From positions 2,010,001 to 2,042,000 of the forward strand of contig CP149973.1 in the NCBI GenBank assembly GCA_029269845.2: 32,000 nt of DNA, written 5' to 3'. This DNA is from Opitutia bacterium KCR 482 (GTDB lineage: Bacteria; Verrucomicrobiota; Verrucomicrobiia; Opitutales; Intestinicryptomonadaceae). The notes beneath the pieces were generated by a model that saw only the letters and a program-made list of their open reading frames with translations, ran no database searches and had not been told where the DNA came from. Positions 31,177 through 32,000 of the stretch are shown piece after piece (positions within the stretch are counted from its first letter, which is position 1; each line of letters opens with the position of its first letter). The position numbers and the translations under genes are program-made.

Positions 31177-32000
31177 TTACTTGCGGCGGCGATAGATTAC
31201 AAAGCCCAAAGCCAACGCGCCGAAGATTGCCGCCCATTCGGCGGGTTCTGGGACGACGGTCAGCCAGTATTTGTTTGTCGCCGTGTCGAATGCCCACGAG
31301 AGTTTGGAACTGTCAACGCCCGAAATTTGCAGATACGCCAACGCGTCGTCGGCAAGCGAATTGTGTTTGTTGATTGCAAGCGACTTTTCGGCGAAACCGC
31401 TGATTACGATTGTATCGCCGTCAACCAAGCCATAACCGGCGATGTCGGCAACGATGAATTCGTCGAACGTCAGGACCGAGCCGCTGCCGAGGTTGATTTC
31501 AAACTGCGCGGCTTCGCCCGTTGCGAACGCAATACCCCTTGCCGTCAGCGAAACGTTGTCGCCTATCGTAATTTTACCGTAGGAGCTTGAAGGCTTGTTG
31601 TCGTTGTACGACTTCGACACGAGGAACGCCGTCTTCTTCCAAGTGTTGTCGGCGTTGACAACCAGCGAGCCCGCGTTTGTGTCGGTATTTTTTCCGAACG
31701 CAAGGTGCGTGTCGATGTCGAGCGCATCGTTGAGTGCCATCGCATTGCCGAGCGCGAAATATTTGCCGCCCCTGATAGCCAATTTGCCGCCTTTGTCGAG
31801 GACGATTTCTTCATAGTTTTTGCCGGCGGCACACGTTGCCGAATCCGTAAAGATGAGGAGAGATGCGCCGTTTTTGATTGTGAAAAGACCGCCGTTCGCG
31901 AACGTTTCGCCGACATTGCTACTATGATTGTAGAGAATCATGGTGGAGCCCTTCGCGAGAGTGATAGGGGTTGCTATTGAACGGAAGGTTTGCGCGTTGA
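31177..32000 (-). CDS. PEP-CTERM sorting-domain protein (5' end beyond the window)
   Basis: The C-terminus VVPEPAEWAAIFGALALGFVIYRRRK is the canonical PEP-CTERM motif plus TM plus basic tail. The frame stays open upstream of Met 31941 to the window edge. Confidence 0.85.
   Translation of the reverse strand, partial: NAQTFRSIATPITLAKGSTMILYNHSSNVGETFANGGLFTIKNGASLLIFTDSATCAAGKNYEEIVLDKGGKLAIRGGKYFALGNAMALNDALDIDTHLAFGKNTDTNAGSLVVNADNTWKKTAFLVSKSYNDNKPSSSYGKITIGDNVSLTARGIAFATGEAAQFEINLGSGSVLTFDEFIVADIAGYGLVDGDTIVISGFAEKSLAINKHNSLADDALAYLQISGVDSSKLSWAFDTATNKYWLTVVPEPAEWAAIFGALALGFVIYRRRK

Overview
This 32-kb window is dominated by horizontally acquired, mostly low-GC blocks (about one third GC by eye) set in a higher-GC backbone. 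The backbone genes at the right end are an autotransporter, an M14-like peptidase and a PEP-CTERM protein. The PEP-CTERM tail implies a Gram-negative host with an exosortase; I cannot name the organism. Left to right: (i) 1-790 is the tail of an upstream operon with two small membrane proteins. (ii) 0.86-6.3 kb is a first accessory block: a type II R-M pair (HTH-fused C5 cytosine methyltransferase convergent with a 408-aa putative endonuclease), an ABC/OLD-type ATPase with a C-terminal Rx4H (HEPN-like) tail, and a Fic protein. (iii) 6.39-7.55 kb is a junction: a 16-nt copy of a tRNA-Asp 3' end, a terminator, and an internally deleted ISL3-family IS remnant read in frame with the N-terminal stump of a possible integrase. 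(iv) 7.7-19.1 kb is an ~11.5-kb module of eight transcription units that all carry the same 17-bp palindromic promoter/operator-like element (GCGAC-N7-GTCGC). It encodes a twin AAA+ ATPase, a Walker-dead FtsK-like protein, a Cys-phosphatase, two W-x2-LL repeat proteins (one with ~19 tandem 28-aa repeats), a WYL regulator / DEDDh exonuclease / lipoprotein / 372-aa protein operon, an Imm-family superinfection-immunity peptide and small ORFs. This module is my best candidate for an undescribed system. (v) 19.2-24.2 kb holds a DUF4143-type ATPase and a 1214-aa SIR2-domain protein (DSR-like). (vi) 24.43-25.7 kb holds a 3' fragment of tRNA-Asp(GTC) (att-like), its terminator, and a second, frameshifted and 5'-truncated ISL3 copy abutting a 5'-truncated autotransporter gene. 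I saw no rRNA, intact tRNA or CRISPR array. All domain calls come from motif recognition by eye; no searches were run.
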